A stretch of DNA of 64,000 nucleotides from Deltaproteobacteria bacterium (GTDB lineage: Bacteria > Desulfobacterota > Syntrophia > Syntrophales > JAFGHS01). Location of the stretch: assembly GCA_016928025.1 (NCBI GenBank), contig JAFGLN010000014.1:65391-129390 (forward strand). Direction: 5' to 3'. The number at the start of each line of letters is the position of its first letter. The first letter of the stretch is position 1. Both the position numbers and the translations under genes were made by a program. The notes under the pieces are model-generated. The model made no database searches. It saw nothing but the letters and a program-made list of their open reading frames with translations, and was not told the origin of the DNA. Shown here in pieces: positions 15,542 to 25,770 of this stretch.

Positions 15542-16984
15542 ATGATGGAGTTGATATTCGAAAAGAGCCGCCCCGGCCGCACGGCCTTCACGCTGCCTCA
15601 TTGTGATGTTCCTGAAATTGATGTGGCGGACGTCATCGATAAGGGCCTCCTTCGGGAGGACATTGATTTGCCGGAAGTTTCGGAGATCGATCTGATACGC
15701 CATTATACCAGACTTTCACAGCGCAACTTCGGCGTCGATCTGGGCTTTTACCCCCTCGGTTCCTGCACGATGAAATATAACCCCAAAATCAACGAAGAGG
15801 TAGCCGCCCTTCCGGCGTTTACGGAGCTTCATCCCTATGCCCCCATCGAATTTTCACAGGGATCCCTGCGGTTGATGTATGAATTGAACCGGTATCTTTG
15901 TGAAATTTGCGGTATGGCGGCCTTTACGCTGCAGCCGGCCGCCGGCGCCCATGGCGAAATGACGGGCGTCATGATCATCAAAAAATATTTTGAAAAGAAG
16001 GGCGAGGCAAGGCAAACCGTTTTAATCCCTGATACGGCCCACGGGACGAACCCCGCCTCTTCGGCTTTATGCGGATTCCAAATTGCGACGGTCCGCTCCG
16101 ATCAGGACGGCGGCATCGACATCAACCACCTTAACGAACGGATGACCGCCGATGTGGCCGGTTTGATGCTGACCAATCCGAACACCCTGGGCCTTTTCGA
16201 ACGCCGCATCGAGGCCGTTGCGGAAATTGTTCATGCCAAAGGCGGGCTTTTTTACTGCGACGGTGCGAATATGAATGCCCTGATGGGTATCACAAGACCG
16301 GGCGATCTGGGTTTTGACATCATCCAGTTAAATCTCCATAAGACCTTTTCGACGCCCCACGGCTGCGGCGGGCCGGGCAGTGGACCACTGGGCGTAGCGG
16401 CGAAACTGGCTGATTTCCTTCCTGTCCCCCGTATCGTTAAAACAGCCGACGGGTACGGCCTGTCGGATGACTGTTCGGACAGCATCGGTCGGATGCGCTC
16501 ATTTTACGGCAATTTCAACGTCATGGTCAAGGCCTACGCCTATATCCGCTCTTTGGGCGCGGAAGGCCTGACGCGTGCGGCCCAAAACGCCGTCTTGAAT
16601 GCCAACTACGTCAAAGAAAGACTTAAACCTTATTTCGATCTCCCTTATGACCGGCCCTGCATGCATGAATGTGTTTTTTCGGGACAGCGTCAAGTCAAGG
16701 AAAGCGGTGTCCATACGACGGATATGGCGAAACGGCTTCTTGACTTCGGCTATCATCCGCCGACCATTTACTTTCCCCTCATCGTGCCGGAGGCCATCAT
16801 GATCGAGCCGACGGAAACGGAAAGCAAAGAAACCCTGGACGCCTTCTGCGACACCATGATCCGCATCGCCGAAGAGGCCCGGGAAAATCCCGAACAGGTC
16901 AAATCCGCCCCCCTGACCACGCCCGTCCGGCGTCTGGACGAGGTGCTGGCGGCCCGGAGGCCGGACGTCCTTTGGAAAGGCTAA
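15542..16984 (+). CDS. gcvPB: glycine dehydrogenase (aminomethyl-transferring) subunit 2
   Basis: 'MMELIFEKSRPGR', 'YPLGSCTMKYNPK' and the PLP-lysine region 'IQLNLHKTFSTPHGGGGPG'-like ('LNLHKTFSTPHGCGGPGSGP') are typical of GcvPB. AAGGAGGG precedes the ATG at 15542. The ORF is open from 15518. Confidence 0.93.
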   Translation: MMELIFEKSRPGRTAFTLPHCDVPEIDVADVIDKGLLREDIDLPEVSEIDLIRHYTRLSQRNFGVDLGFYPLGSCTMKYNPKINEEVAALPAFTELHPYAPIEFSQGSLRLMYELNRYLCEICGMAAFTLQPAAGAHGEMTGVMIIKKYFEKKGEARQTVLIPDTAHGTNPASSALCGFQIATVRSDQDGGIDINHLNERMTADVAGLMLTNPNTLGLFERRIEAVAEIVHAKGGLFYCDGANMNALMGITRPGDLGFDIIQLNLHKTFSTPHGCGGPGSGPLGVAAKLADFLPVPRIVKTADGYGLSDDCSDSIGRMRSFYGNFNVMVKAYAYIRSLGAEGLTRAAQNAVLNANYVKERLKPYFDLPYDRPCMHECVFSGQRQVKESGVHTTDMAKRLLDFGYHPPTIYFPLIVPEAIMIEPTETESKETLDAFCDTMIRIAEEARENPEQVKSAPLTTPVRRLDEVLAARRPDVLWKG

Positions 16985-17252
16985 GAAAACGAATATTCCT
17001 TCACCGCAGCCATGTTCCACCTCCGGGAAGAGGCAATCATTGAATTTCCGAATATCCTCGCGCTGGTGGTGAAAAACACCCATCATCTCCCACTTCTTGC
17101 AGAAAAAGCCCAAACACAGCAACGGAGTCGACTAATAGATTACCTTATAATCCCTCTGTTAAGGCAAGAGGCAGAGTAAGATTGCCCGGATTTTCATGCT
17201 CTGCGTCCGTCTCATAGGATCTCGGGAAATACCGTGGGATGACATTCTTTTT

Positions 17253-17268
17253 TGGCATAAAATTGGCA
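17253..17268 (+). promoter_or_regulatory. sigma54-like -24/-12 element candidate
   Basis: TGGCATaaaatTGGCA has GG and GC at the canonical 10-nt offset (consensus TGGCAC-N5-TTGCW, with one mismatch in the -12 box). It lies about 110 nt upstream of gtrA. Confidence 0.3.
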
Positions 17269-17376
17269 TAAATTCCGAGTACAACGCGATTGACAAGCGC
17301 TGTAATGTTGGTGATTCTTCAGATAAGAGCCTTCGTATTTTAGTGAATAATAATAAAATAGAGAGGACCGAGTCAG

Positions 17377-17811
17377 ATGTCAAACGGCGTTCAAACGGTA
17401 GTGATCAGACAATTATTGGTCAGCAGGACAGATCGTGTTTCCATTCAGTTATTGAGATATACCCTCGTCGGCGGTCTTGCCTTTATTGTTGATTTTTTGA
17501 GCCTTTTTGTATTAACAGATTTTGCCGGGGTTCATTATCTTTTTTCCGCCGCCATCGCTTTTGTTCTGGGCGTGTTAACGAATTACCTTTTGAGCATCTT
17601 GTGGGTTTTTCAAACAAGAACCGTCAAAAATCTGTGGATGGAAGTCGTAATATTTACCTTGATCGGGATTATCGGATTGGGATTTAACGAACTTCTCATC
17701 TGGGGCTTTACGGAAAAGGCACATTTTCATTATCTTGCCTCAAAAGCTGTGGCAACGGTTTTCGTATTTTCCTGGAACTTCATCGCGCGAAAACTGGCGC
17801 TTTTCCGTTAA
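17377..17811 (+). CDS. GtrA-family membrane protein
   Basis: The protein is 144 aa with 4 TM segments. 'LLRYTLVGGLAFIVDFLSLFVLT' and 'FVFSWNFIARKLALF' match the GtrA-like family. GAGAGGA precedes the ATG. Confidence 0.85.
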   Translation: MSNGVQTVVIRQLLVSRTDRVSIQLLRYTLVGGLAFIVDFLSLFVLTDFAGVHYLFSAAIAFVLGVLTNYLLSILWVFQTRTVKNLWMEVVIFTLIGIIGLGFNELLIWGFTEKAHFHYLASKAVATVFVFSWNFIARKLALFR

Positions 17812-17820
17812 GGAGCGACC

Positions 17821-19395
17821 ATGAAGCAGAAAAAAGCGATTATTATCGGTGCCGGCCCGGCCGGGTTGACGGCCGCTCTGGAATTATTGCAAAAAAGCGA
17901 TATCCGGCCCATCATTCTTGAAGCGACAAACGATTTGGGCGGCATATCCAAAACAGTCAATTATCGGGGAAACAGAATCGATATCGGTGGCCACCGGTTC
18001 TTCTCGAAATCGAAAAGGGTTACGGATTGGTGGACGAGCTTATTTCCGATCCAGGGTTCCCCGTCTTTGGACGAGGTTCTTTTGAACATCGACACGACGG
18101 ACAAGTATAAATCAACGCCGGGCGGCCCTGATCCTCAGCAAAACGATCGGGTAATGCTCCTCAGAAACCGGTTGTCCCGCATCTATTCCTTTGGTAAATT
18201 CTTTGACTATCCGGTCTCCTTAAGCCTGAAAACAATTATAAATCTGGGTCCGGTAAAGCTCGTAAAAGTCGCGTTCAGCTATTTGTGTGCGCGCATTTTT
18301 ACCATCAAGCATGAACGGTCCCTGGAAGACTTTTTCATTAACCGGTTCGGCCGGGAGTTATACCAAACGTTTTTTCAAGACTACACAGAGAAAGTATGGG
18401 GGGTCCCCTGTCATGAAATAAAACCGGAATGGGGCGCTCAAAGGGTCAAAGGGCTTTCCATCACGGCGGTGCTTCTGCATGCGCTCAAAAAAATCATTCC
18501 CAAGACCTCTTCTGCAAAAAATGGCGAACACGTCGAAACAAGCCTGATCGAACAGTTTATGTACCCGAAATACGGCCCCGGCCAACTCTGGGAGGAAGCC
18601 GGCAAAAAGATCGAACAGATGGGGGGTATTATCCACAAAAATCAGCGCGTTTGCTCGATCAGTGTTGTTGGAAACCGAATTGCCGCCGTCGAAACGGATT
18701 CGCCCGAAGGGAAAAAACGATTTGAAGGGGATTATTTTATTTCAAGCATGCCGGTTAAAGACTTGCTGGCCGGGATGGACGGCGCCGTTCCTGAAGAGGT
18801 CCGCTCGATCTCGGATGGTTTGATTTATCGGGATTTTATAACCGTCGGTCTTCTTTTGTCGGACCTGAAAATTAAAAATCCCGATCCTGCAAAATCCGTA
18901 AGCGGAATTATGCCGGACAACTGGGTCTACATTCAGGAAAATTCGGTAAAGCTCGGCAGACTCCAGATTTTCAATAACTGGAGTCCCTATATGGTCAGCG
19001 ATATCAACCGGATCTGGGTCGGGCTCGAATATTTCTGTAATGAGGGAGATGCTCTATGGTCCATGGAAGACAGCAAACTGATCGATTTCGCGGCATCTGA
19101 ACTTGCCGGTATTCATCTGATTGATAGAGAGAGCGTTCTGGACGGTGTGGCCATCCGGATCCCCAAGGCTTATCCGGCTTACTTCGGGACCTATGACCGT
19201 TTTGATGTTTTGCGTGATTATCTGGATCCATACCGCAATCTCTATCTCATTGGAAGAAACGGCATGCACCGATACAACAACATGGATCATTCCATGATGA
19301 CGGCTATGGTGGCCGTCGATAATATCCTCAGCGGTGTCGAATCGAAAGATAATATCTGGGACGTCAATACGGAAGAAGATTATCACGAGGCATAG
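17821..19395 (+). CDS. FAD/NAD(P)-binding oxidoreductase (amine-oxidase / UDP-galactopyranose-mutase-like fold)
   Basis: The protein is 524 aa with the N-terminal dinucleotide-binding motif '[17 protein letters not shown]...[10 protein letters not shown]'. It starts 9 nt after the gtrA stop. Confidence 0.75.
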   Translation: MKQKKAIIIGAGPAGLTAALELLQKSDIRPIILEATNDLGGISKTVNYRGNRIDIGGHRFFSKSKRVTDWWTSLFPIQGSPSLDEVLLNIDTTDKYKSTPGGPDPQQNDRVMLLRNRLSRIYSFGKFFDYPVSLSLKTIINLGPVKLVKVAFSYLCARIFTIKHERSLEDFFINRFGRELYQTFFQDYTEKVWGVPCHEIKPEWGAQRVKGLSITAVLLHALKKIIPKTSSAKNGEHVETSLIEQFMYPKYGPGQLWEEAGKKIEQMGGIIHKNQRVCSISVVGNRIAAVETDSPEGKKRFEGDYFISSMPVKDLLAGMDGAVPEEVRSISDGLIYRDFITVGLLLSDLKIKNPDPAKSVSGIMPDNWVYIQENSVKLGRLQIFNNWSPYMVSDINRIWVGLEYFCNEGDALWSMEDSKLIDFAASELAGIHLIDRESVLDGVAIRIPKAYPAYFGTYDRFDVLRDYLDPYRNLYLIGRNGMHRYNNMDHSMMTAMVAVDNILSGVESKDNIWDVNTEEDYHEA

Positions 19396-19424
19396 GATAT
19401 TTAATTCATTTTAACAGTGTGAGA

Positions 19425-19452
19425 ATTACTTTATCAAAAAAGTAATATTTTT
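19425..19452 (+). terminator. weak AT-rich hairpin + T-run after the oxidoreductase gene
   Basis: The structure is attacttt / atcaaa / aaagtaat, followed by attttt. Confidence 0.3.
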
Positions 19453-19462
19453 CAACAATGGA

Positions 19463-21460
19463 TTGTATATGTCCGTCAACTTGCTCCATAAAAAGGCCAT
19501 TGAAAATATCGTATCAAAATCCATCGTCATCGGATTATTATATTCTACGGTGGAATTTCTTTTCGTTTCCATGCTCGCCGCTGATTTCAGAACAAATCTA
19601 AATATATCTGAAATAAGCACTGTCTTTATAATACAATGGGTGACTTGGACGTTTATAATTTTTTTGATTTCTGCTTGTGTCGAATTATTCAACCGGAAAT
19701 CGAGACCCATAAAGATAATTTTCTATTCGATTCTTTGCATAGCCGTTTCCTGGATTTTTTCTATTGTTTTGATTAATTTTGTCTTTCTCGTTCATAAAAA
19801 TGTTTTTATTACCTATGACCAATTCTTTTTTATTATGAAGTATTTTTTTCAATCGGGATTGCATCTATTGCAGACATCGCCGATTTACCTGCTACAAATA
19901 TTTTCCTTATCCTTACTTCTTAGTCTGTTATTGATTTTATTTGTTGTTAAACTCGAAAATAACGTCCTTTTAAAAAAAAAGATTCTCTATTTTTTTTTAA
20001 TTTTTATACTATTATTTGCCGCCGGATTTGATCAGGTCAAATTTACCCAGAAAAAGGATTTTCTCAGACATTCGGCTGTCCTGTCCATCTTTAGCAATCC
20101 GAGCTATGATTTTGGGGGTTTAATAAATCAGGATTTTAAAACAACCGAATTTATTCATAAACCAATAAAACGCCCTTGGGTCGGAGATGCGACACCGCAA
20201 ACACCGGTTATCGTTTTAATGGTGGAATCGTTGAGATGGGACTTGTTAACGGAAGAACCGACGCCTTTGCCTTTTTTAAAGAGGCTGGCAGAGGAGAGTA
20301 TTCGTTTTGAAAAGGCTTATGTCAGTTCGTCACATTCGAATTATGCGGATTTGAGTGTCTGGTATTCCCAATATCCATTAAAAAGCCAAACCGGTGCACC
20401 TTATCCGGCAAACTCTCCCTGGAAAAATACATCCATTTTTAAAGTATTCAAGGATATGGGTTACCGGACAGCTTATATTTCTTCACAAAACGAGAAATGG
20501 GGCGGGATGATCCACTGGTTAAAAGTGCCCGAAATTGATTTTTTTTACCACTCTGAGGATTTCGATGGTGACACTTGGTTTAATAAAGATGACAAGAACG
20601 GCATCAGCAAACTGATCAATAAAAACATAGCAACCGCAGGCAAGATCGAGGATTCTCAACTCATACAGGTTATCCGGCGATGGATCGATCATCATGACGA
20701 CAAGCCTTTTTTTCTAGGTGCTAATCTCCAGAATACCCACTTTAACTATGTCATTCCTCCGGGTGGCGCAGAACCGTTTCAACCTGCGTATATTGATTTT
20801 CCCACAGTATATTTTTCATGGCCCCGGGAAAAAGCTGATGTCGTTAGAAACAGGTATCGGAACGCCGTCTATAATGTCGATAACATTATCAGGGGTTTTG
20901 TTGATTACTTAAGAAATAAGGGGATATGGGACCATTGCTATTTTATTGTTGTCGGAGACAGCGGGGAAGCTTTCTACGAACATGGTTTTGGCAATCATAG
21001 CGGTCCAGTTTATGATGAGGTGGCAAGGACTTTTTTAATCATTCATACACCTAAAGAAGGTAAAATAATCAAAAAAATACTTTGCCCGGTAAGTCATATA
21101 GACATATTTCCAACACTTTTGGATCTGATGAATATTGAAAAGCCCTGTTCTTTCCAGGGAATTTCTGTTTTTCGAGAGGATCAAAAGAGAGAAAATGTTT
21201 TTATGTATGTCAATGCGATTTATACGCAGCTTGCCGTTTTGAACTGGCCATACAAATATATGCTCACCATTCATCCCCAGAAAAATGTTGAGCTTTATGA
21301 TCTCGATCAAGACCCACAGGAAAAAAATAATATAATTGAAAAAAATCAAGTTATTGCCGATATTCTTAATAAAAAACTGAAGGAATTTGTTTCTGCACAG
21401 ATTCGTTACTATGGGTATCCTTTATATTCTCAGAAATATTGCCCCCCCTGCTTACAATGA
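19463..21460 (+). CDS. sulfatase-like (alkaline-phosphatase superfamily) membrane transferase, LtaS/EptA-type architecture
   Basis: The protein is 665 aa. An N-terminal polytopic membrane region of about 230 aa is followed by an extracytoplasmic sulfatase-like domain ('PVIVLMVESLRWDLL', 'YFIVVGDSGEAFYEHG'). The gene is very AT-rich. ATG at 19469 is an alternative start. Confidence 0.75.
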   Translation: MYMSVNLLHKKAIENIVSKSIVIGLLYSTVEFLFVSMLAADFRTNLNISEISTVFIIQWVTWTFIIFLISACVELFNRKSRPIKIIFYSILCIAVSWIFSIVLINFVFLVHKNVFITYDQFFFIMKYFFQSGLHLLQTSPIYLLQIFSLSLLLSLLLILFVVKLENNVLLKKKILYFFLIFILLFAAGFDQVKFTQKKDFLRHSAVLSIFSNPSYDFGGLINQDFKTTEFIHKPIKRPWVGDATPQTPVIVLMVESLRWDLLTEEPTPLPFLKRLAEESIRFEKAYVSSSHSNYADLSVWYSQYPLKSQTGAPYPANSPWKNTSIFKVFKDMGYRTAYISSQNEKWGGMIHWLKVPEIDFFYHSEDFDGDTWFNKDDKNGISKLINKNIATAGKIEDSQLIQVIRRWIDHHDDKPFFLGANLQNTHFNYVIPPGGAEPFQPAYIDFPTVYFSWPREKADVVRNRYRNAVYNVDNIIRGFVDYLRNKGIWDHCYFIVVGDSGEAFYEHGFGNHSGPVYDEVARTFLIIHTPKEGKIIKKILCPVSHIDIFPTLLDLMNIEKPCSFQGISVFREDQKRENVFMYVNAIYTQLAVLNWPYKYMLTIHPQKNVELYDLDQDPQEKNNIIEKNQVIADILNKKLKEFVSAQIRYYGYPLYSQKYCPPCLQ

Positions 21461-21496
21461 AATAGTATAAATGAAACGGTCTGGAATCATTATAAA

Positions 21497-23476
21497 TTAA
21501 TATAAAGTCTTGATTTTTTGACACCTATATAAATACCAGTCAAAATCTTTGTACATCAGATTGATCAGGTGGGTGTAATTGACCCGGATGTTTTTCAGGG
21601 ACAAAATCTTCAGAGGGTCATATTCCGGAACATGGCAGGATGCGACAATAAACTCCAAATCCTTTGCGTTTTGACAGCATTTTTTTAATTCGTCCCTATA
21701 GATTGTTCTGATTTCGGCTGGTTGGTGCTCCCGATAGAATTTCAAAGGATCATCTAAATCTCCCAGGACCCCGAGGTTTTTTGTCCGCTGATTGTATAAT
21801 GCGGCTGTGTCTTGCGAAAAGATAACACCGGCTCCCTGCATTTTTGATACATAGTTTGATCGATTTAATGCAAACCAGGATAAGGTGGGCCTTTCGAGCC
21901 AAAGAATCTGAGATTCAGGGGGGATATCTTTAAGTAAATGTAGTTGATCACTTTTTAGGGTTCCCCCAAGCAATTTTTCAAATTCCAGCCTCCGGTCCCA
22001 TAAATTGACCGCGATAAGGAAGAATATCATTGACAGGACAATCATGCGTTTATCTTTTTTCCATAGTTGAAAATATAAAAGGAGGGCGCCAACGATAAGA
22101 AGCAAAAGAGCATAAATCGAATGTAGCGGGGGTGACAGACTGATTAATGACGTGCTGTCGTTCAGATCGTTGAAGATATAATAAAAGCTGGCGACGTCAA
22201 GAGACAACAACATAACGGATAACAATACCAGAACGATATTTATCTTTTTCCTAAAGTCTCGGGGAATCTTGTTTTTTAAAATGTCTCCATACTTTACCCC
22301 AAGTTGACCATTTTCGTTTAAATTTCCCCAAATCAATATAAAAGAGAGGATGGCCAGAAGAACATAAGCAAGGGACATCGCGCTGTATTTGGGGGACAAC
22401 CAGGCGGCACCATATACCGTTAAGAACGATACATGAAAATCAGTTTCTTTTTTAATTTTGATATAAAGTGTTGGCAAAAAGAGATAAGAGAAGAATAACA
22501 GAAGCCATGTTATCCTCCAAACTTGAAGCTGCAAGACCAATACATTATCAATAATATCCCCCCCAAACATGGAAAAAGGCAGAGAGATCCCCGTGGCCGT
22601 GAAAAGAGCAACGGCTATGGTTTGTTTTTTCCCTTGATGCGTCGCTGCGTAAAGCATGATTACCAAAGCGGATGCAATGGTTGGTAAGAAGTCTCGTAGA
22701 TTCCAGTTCATAATGAAAAGAAGAGGCACCCGTAAATTTATAATACTAGCCCAATCGTAATCCATAAATTTGAAAATACGATCACAGGGCGCCACATTAA
22801 ATATTGCCAGCAAAATAAAAGCTGCTGCCAAGATGCCGCCGCTGATCATTACAGGCGTTGTCTGCTTTATGATAAAATAGAAGAAAAAGAAGGTAATACC
22901 GGTTAAAGCCATGATTGGATGCATCAGAATACTTACGAGAAGTGAAACGGCACTCAACGCAAATCGGTTTTTAAGGGCAAAAAAGATGGAGAAGAGAACA
23001 AACGATTCAGCATAGATTCTTGGTGTTAGAAAAGGCTCTCCGTAAGAAAATACAAACTTTGCCCCATAAAAAGAAGGCATGGCAACGACTAAGGCCATGG
23101 CAATGAATTTCAGGGGTCCTCTGTTCAACAGTCCCGCCAGGAGATAAGCGGAAAAAAACCATAAAATATGACCTATGATCAAAAGAATCATGTTGGCATT
23201 GGAGAAATTCGTTAAGTTGATGACATGGACATATAAATCGGAAAATATCGTATAGTTATCCTGGGAACCGTCACTAAGAAAAAGTTCATTGTAAAAATGA
23301 CTCGGTTCTATATGGCTGAGGGCTTGCACGGCATAGAGCCTCGCATCATGGACCAGTCCCTTATAAGGATGATTCAGTATCCAGAGGGAGATTAAGATAA
23401 GGATGATTGAAAGAAAAATAGTGAAGCGGTCAATTTTAAATGTATTCATAGAGTTCAAACTTATTCTTCTATTCAT
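21497..23476 (-). CDS. large polytopic membrane protein, paralog A (possible GT-C-type glycosyltransferase)
   Basis: The protein is 659 aa with many TM helices and a soluble C-terminal part of about 170 aa. The conserved first-loop motif 'ILNHPYKGLVHDARLYAVQALSH' is shared with the neighbouring paralog. ATG at 23449 is an alternative start. Confidence 0.7.
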   Translation of the reverse strand: MNRRISLNSMNTFKIDRFTIFLSIILILISLWILNHPYKGLVHDARLYAVQALSHIEPSHFYNELFLSDGSQDNYTIFSDLYVHVINLTNFSNANMILLIIGHILWFFSAYLLAGLLNRGPLKFIAMALVVAMPSFYGAKFVFSYGEPFLTPRIYAESFVLFSIFFALKNRFALSAVSLLVSILMHPIMALTGITFFFFYFIIKQTTPVMISGGILAAAFILLAIFNVAPCDRIFKFMDYDWASIINLRVPLLFIMNWNLRDFLPTIASALVIMLYAATHQGKKQTIAVALFTATGISLPFSMFGGDIIDNVLVLQLQVWRITWLLLFFSYLFLPTLYIKIKKETDFHVSFLTVYGAAWLSPKYSAMSLAYVLLAILSFILIWGNLNENGQLGVKYGDILKNKIPRDFRKKINIVLVLLSVMLLSLDVASFYYIFNDLNDSTSLISLSPPLHSIYALLLLIVGALLLYFQLWKKDKRMIVLSMIFFLIAVNLWDRRLEFEKLLGGTLKSDQLHLLKDIPPESQILWLERPTLSWFALNRSNYVSKMQGAGVIFSQDTAALYNQRTKNLGVLGDLDDPLKFYREHQPAEIRTIYRDELKKCCQNAKDLEFIVASCHVPEYDPLKILSLKNIRVNYTHLINLMYKDFDWYLYRCQKIKTLY

Positions 23477-23716
23477 GCAGACTTAATGGTGACATAAATT
23501 AAGTAACCAAAGTGTCAGGTAATTACGTTTGTAAATACGAGACAATTTGTAATTAACAAAAGCAAGCCGACGTCCGTTTCCTAAAATCGTTTTGAAAAGT
23601 ATTTGTATATCGTTAGTATATCTGGATATTTCATGCTAAATTTATGCCAGATGCCGATTATTTTTTCAATATGACAACGTTCCATGATCGCGGGAAAGTT
23701 CATTGAAAAGGAGGAC

Positions 23717-25723
23717 CTATTTTCCCTGATATATAATTGAACGTGAAGCGGTTGGGGAGCGCAGGGACTTTTCGTACAGATTTACCGCCTGGCAATTATA
23801 TAAGTACCAGTCAAAATTTTTGTAAGCAAAATTCACCCGATTGGAATAGTTCACCCGAATATCCTTGAGGGCAATAATCTCCAATGGTTTGTATTTCGGA
23901 ATATTGTATGAAATAACGACATAATTCAACTCCTGTGTTTTCCGGCAACATGTCGTCAGCAGGTTCTCATAAAACATTTTCATCTTGGCGGGTTGGTGTC
24001 GCCAGTAAAATTCAGTAGGGTAATCCAGCCAGGGGCTGAACATCCCCATGCTCTTCATCCGTTGATCATACAATACAGCCGATTCCCTTGAAAAGAGGGC
24101 GCTTACACCCTGAAAATGCGATATAAAATTTGCCCGATTCGCCACAAACCACGCCAATGTAGGATATTCGAACCAAAGCAGCTCGGATTTGATCGGCAGG
24201 TTTTTCACGATGGATACTTGCTCAATGCCATGGTTTCCGGCAATGATTTTCTCGTATTCGAGTCTCCGATCCCACAGAGAGGCCGCAAGAAGGAAAAAAA
24301 CCAATGAGAACAAAATAACGCGCTTGTCTCTTTTTATGAGTTGATAACAGAGACCGAACGCGCCGAGCATCAGGAGCGGTAAGGTATACGTCAAGTAAAC
24401 GGGTGGAAACTCTCTGATTGACACGATGTTTGTATTTCGCACATAAAAGTCATGAAAATAATCGGCGAGGTCATAAGATAAAAAAGCCAAGGGAAACAGG
24501 GTCATAACAAGGTTAACCTTTTTCCAGAATTCTTTGCTCCATCGATCTTTCAAAAAGCCTGTATATCGCGATGGAGCCTGTCCTTCACCGCGGCAGTTAC
24601 CCAGCACGATCAGGAATGAGAAAACCGCCGTTAGGGCATAGGCCGCTGTTAAGACGCTGTTGTAAGGGGCCAGCCATGCGGCGCCGAATACGATAAGAAA
24701 TGATGTTCCCAAATCGGTTTGTTCTCGGACCTTGATGTAAACCCAGGGAAAAGCCAGGTAAGAAAAGAATAACAATAGCCAGGAAATTCTCCAGACTTGA
24801 AGTTGCATGATCAAGACATTCCAAAGAAAATCTCCCAGCACCACGGATACAAGCAGGAAGACGGCCGTGGCTGTCAGAAGCGACAGGGCAACGGCCTGCT
24901 TCATTCCCTGATTTGTCAGGGCATACAGCATGATGACCAGGAAAGAAGTGATAATGGTTAGAAAATCCCGAAACAGCCAGTCATACAGGAAGAGGTAAGG
25001 CGACCGTTGGTTGACAATACCGGTCCAGTAAGGATCCATGAACTGGAGGATGCGGTCAAAGGGCGCAACACCCGCCAGGGCGGCTATGAGGATCAATATG
25101 CCAAGAACCGACCCGATAACCAGGACGGATTTGGGGTATTTGAGGAGGAAATAGAAGGCAAAGAAGATGACACCCGTCAAGGCCATGATCGGATGAAACA
25201 GGAAACCCAGGAGCAGCATCAGGCCACATAAAACAAATCTGTTCTTCAACGCAAAATAAATAGAGAACAGGACCAGGGCTTCGGCATATATTCTCGGCGT
25301 GAGAAAAGGTTCCCCGTAAGAAAAAATGAATCGGCCTCCGTAATAGGCGGGCATGGCTGCGACCAGAGCCACGGCAAAGTACTTTAAGGCGCCGCTGTTC
25401 AGCAGACTCGCCAGAAGCCAGGCTGAAACAAACCATAAAATGTGGCCTATTATGAAAAGAATGAGGTTTGCATCGGCCAGGTTTGTTAACTTGATGACAG
25501 AAACGTATATATTCGAAAAAATTGTATAATTGTCCTGAGAATCATAGCGAAGGAAAATATCATTTTTAAAGACGTCCGGTTCCAAATGGCTCAGAGCTTG
25601 GATGGCATATAGCCTCGCGTCATGCACCAGACCTTTATAGGGATGGTTCAGTATCCACATGGCCATCAAGATCAGAAAAATGGAAAGAATAATCAGGTTG
25701 TTTTCAAATTTGATTTTGTTCAT
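23717..25723 (-). CDS. large polytopic membrane protein, paralog B (possible GT-C-type glycosyltransferase)
   Basis: It is colinear with paralog A ('ILNHPYKGLVHDARLYAIQALSH', 'FSYGEPFLTPRIYAE', 'LQLQVWRI(T/S)WLLLFFSYL'). The start at 25723 ('MNKIKFENN') was chosen by alignment to paralog A. The ORF is open to 25780, which would overlap galE by 10 nt. Confidence 0.7.
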   Translation of the reverse strand: MNKIKFENNLIILSIFLILMAMWILNHPYKGLVHDARLYAIQALSHLEPDVFKNDIFLRYDSQDNYTIFSNIYVSVIKLTNLADANLILFIIGHILWFVSAWLLASLLNSGALKYFAVALVAAMPAYYGGRFIFSYGEPFLTPRIYAEALVLFSIYFALKNRFVLCGLMLLLGFLFHPIMALTGVIFFAFYFLLKYPKSVLVIGSVLGILILIAALAGVAPFDRILQFMDPYWTGIVNQRSPYLFLYDWLFRDFLTIITSFLVIMLYALTNQGMKQAVALSLLTATAVFLLVSVVLGDFLWNVLIMQLQVWRISWLLLFFSYLAFPWVYIKVREQTDLGTSFLIVFGAAWLAPYNSVLTAAYALTAVFSFLIVLGNCRGEGQAPSRYTGFLKDRWSKEFWKKVNLVMTLFPLAFLSYDLADYFHDFYVRNTNIVSIREFPPVYLTYTLPLLMLGAFGLCYQLIKRDKRVILFSLVFFLLAASLWDRRLEYEKIIAGNHGIEQVSIVKNLPIKSELLWFEYPTLAWFVANRANFISHFQGVSALFSRESAVLYDQRMKSMGMFSPWLDYPTEFYWRHQPAKMKMFYENLLTTCCRKTQELNYVVISYNIPKYKPLEIIALKDIRVNYSNRVNFAYKNFDWYLYNCQAVNLYEKSLRSPTASRSIIYQGK

Positions 25724-25770
25724 CGGTTGAATGAGGAAACAGTAACGAGTCGGGGAATTAAGTTTTCTTG

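Noticed and set aside
17013-17180. A 55-codon ORF (MFHLREEAIIEFPNILALVVKNTHHLPLLAEKAQTQQRSRLIDYLIIPLLRQEAE) lies downstream of gcvPB.
   Set aside because: It has no Shine-Dalgarno sequence and no family I can recognise. It may be a gene remnant at the island boundary, but the evidence is insufficient to call it.
23477-23716. A 40-codon minus-strand ORF (MNFPAIMERCHIEKIIGIWHKFSMKYPDILTIYKYFSKRF) lies in the spacer between the two membrane-protein paralogs.
   Set aside because: The sequence upstream of the ATG is an anti-Shine-Dalgarno sequence (CCTCC) rather than a Shine-Dalgarno sequence. There are no motifs. It is probably non-coding AT-rich spacer or a decayed gene fragment.
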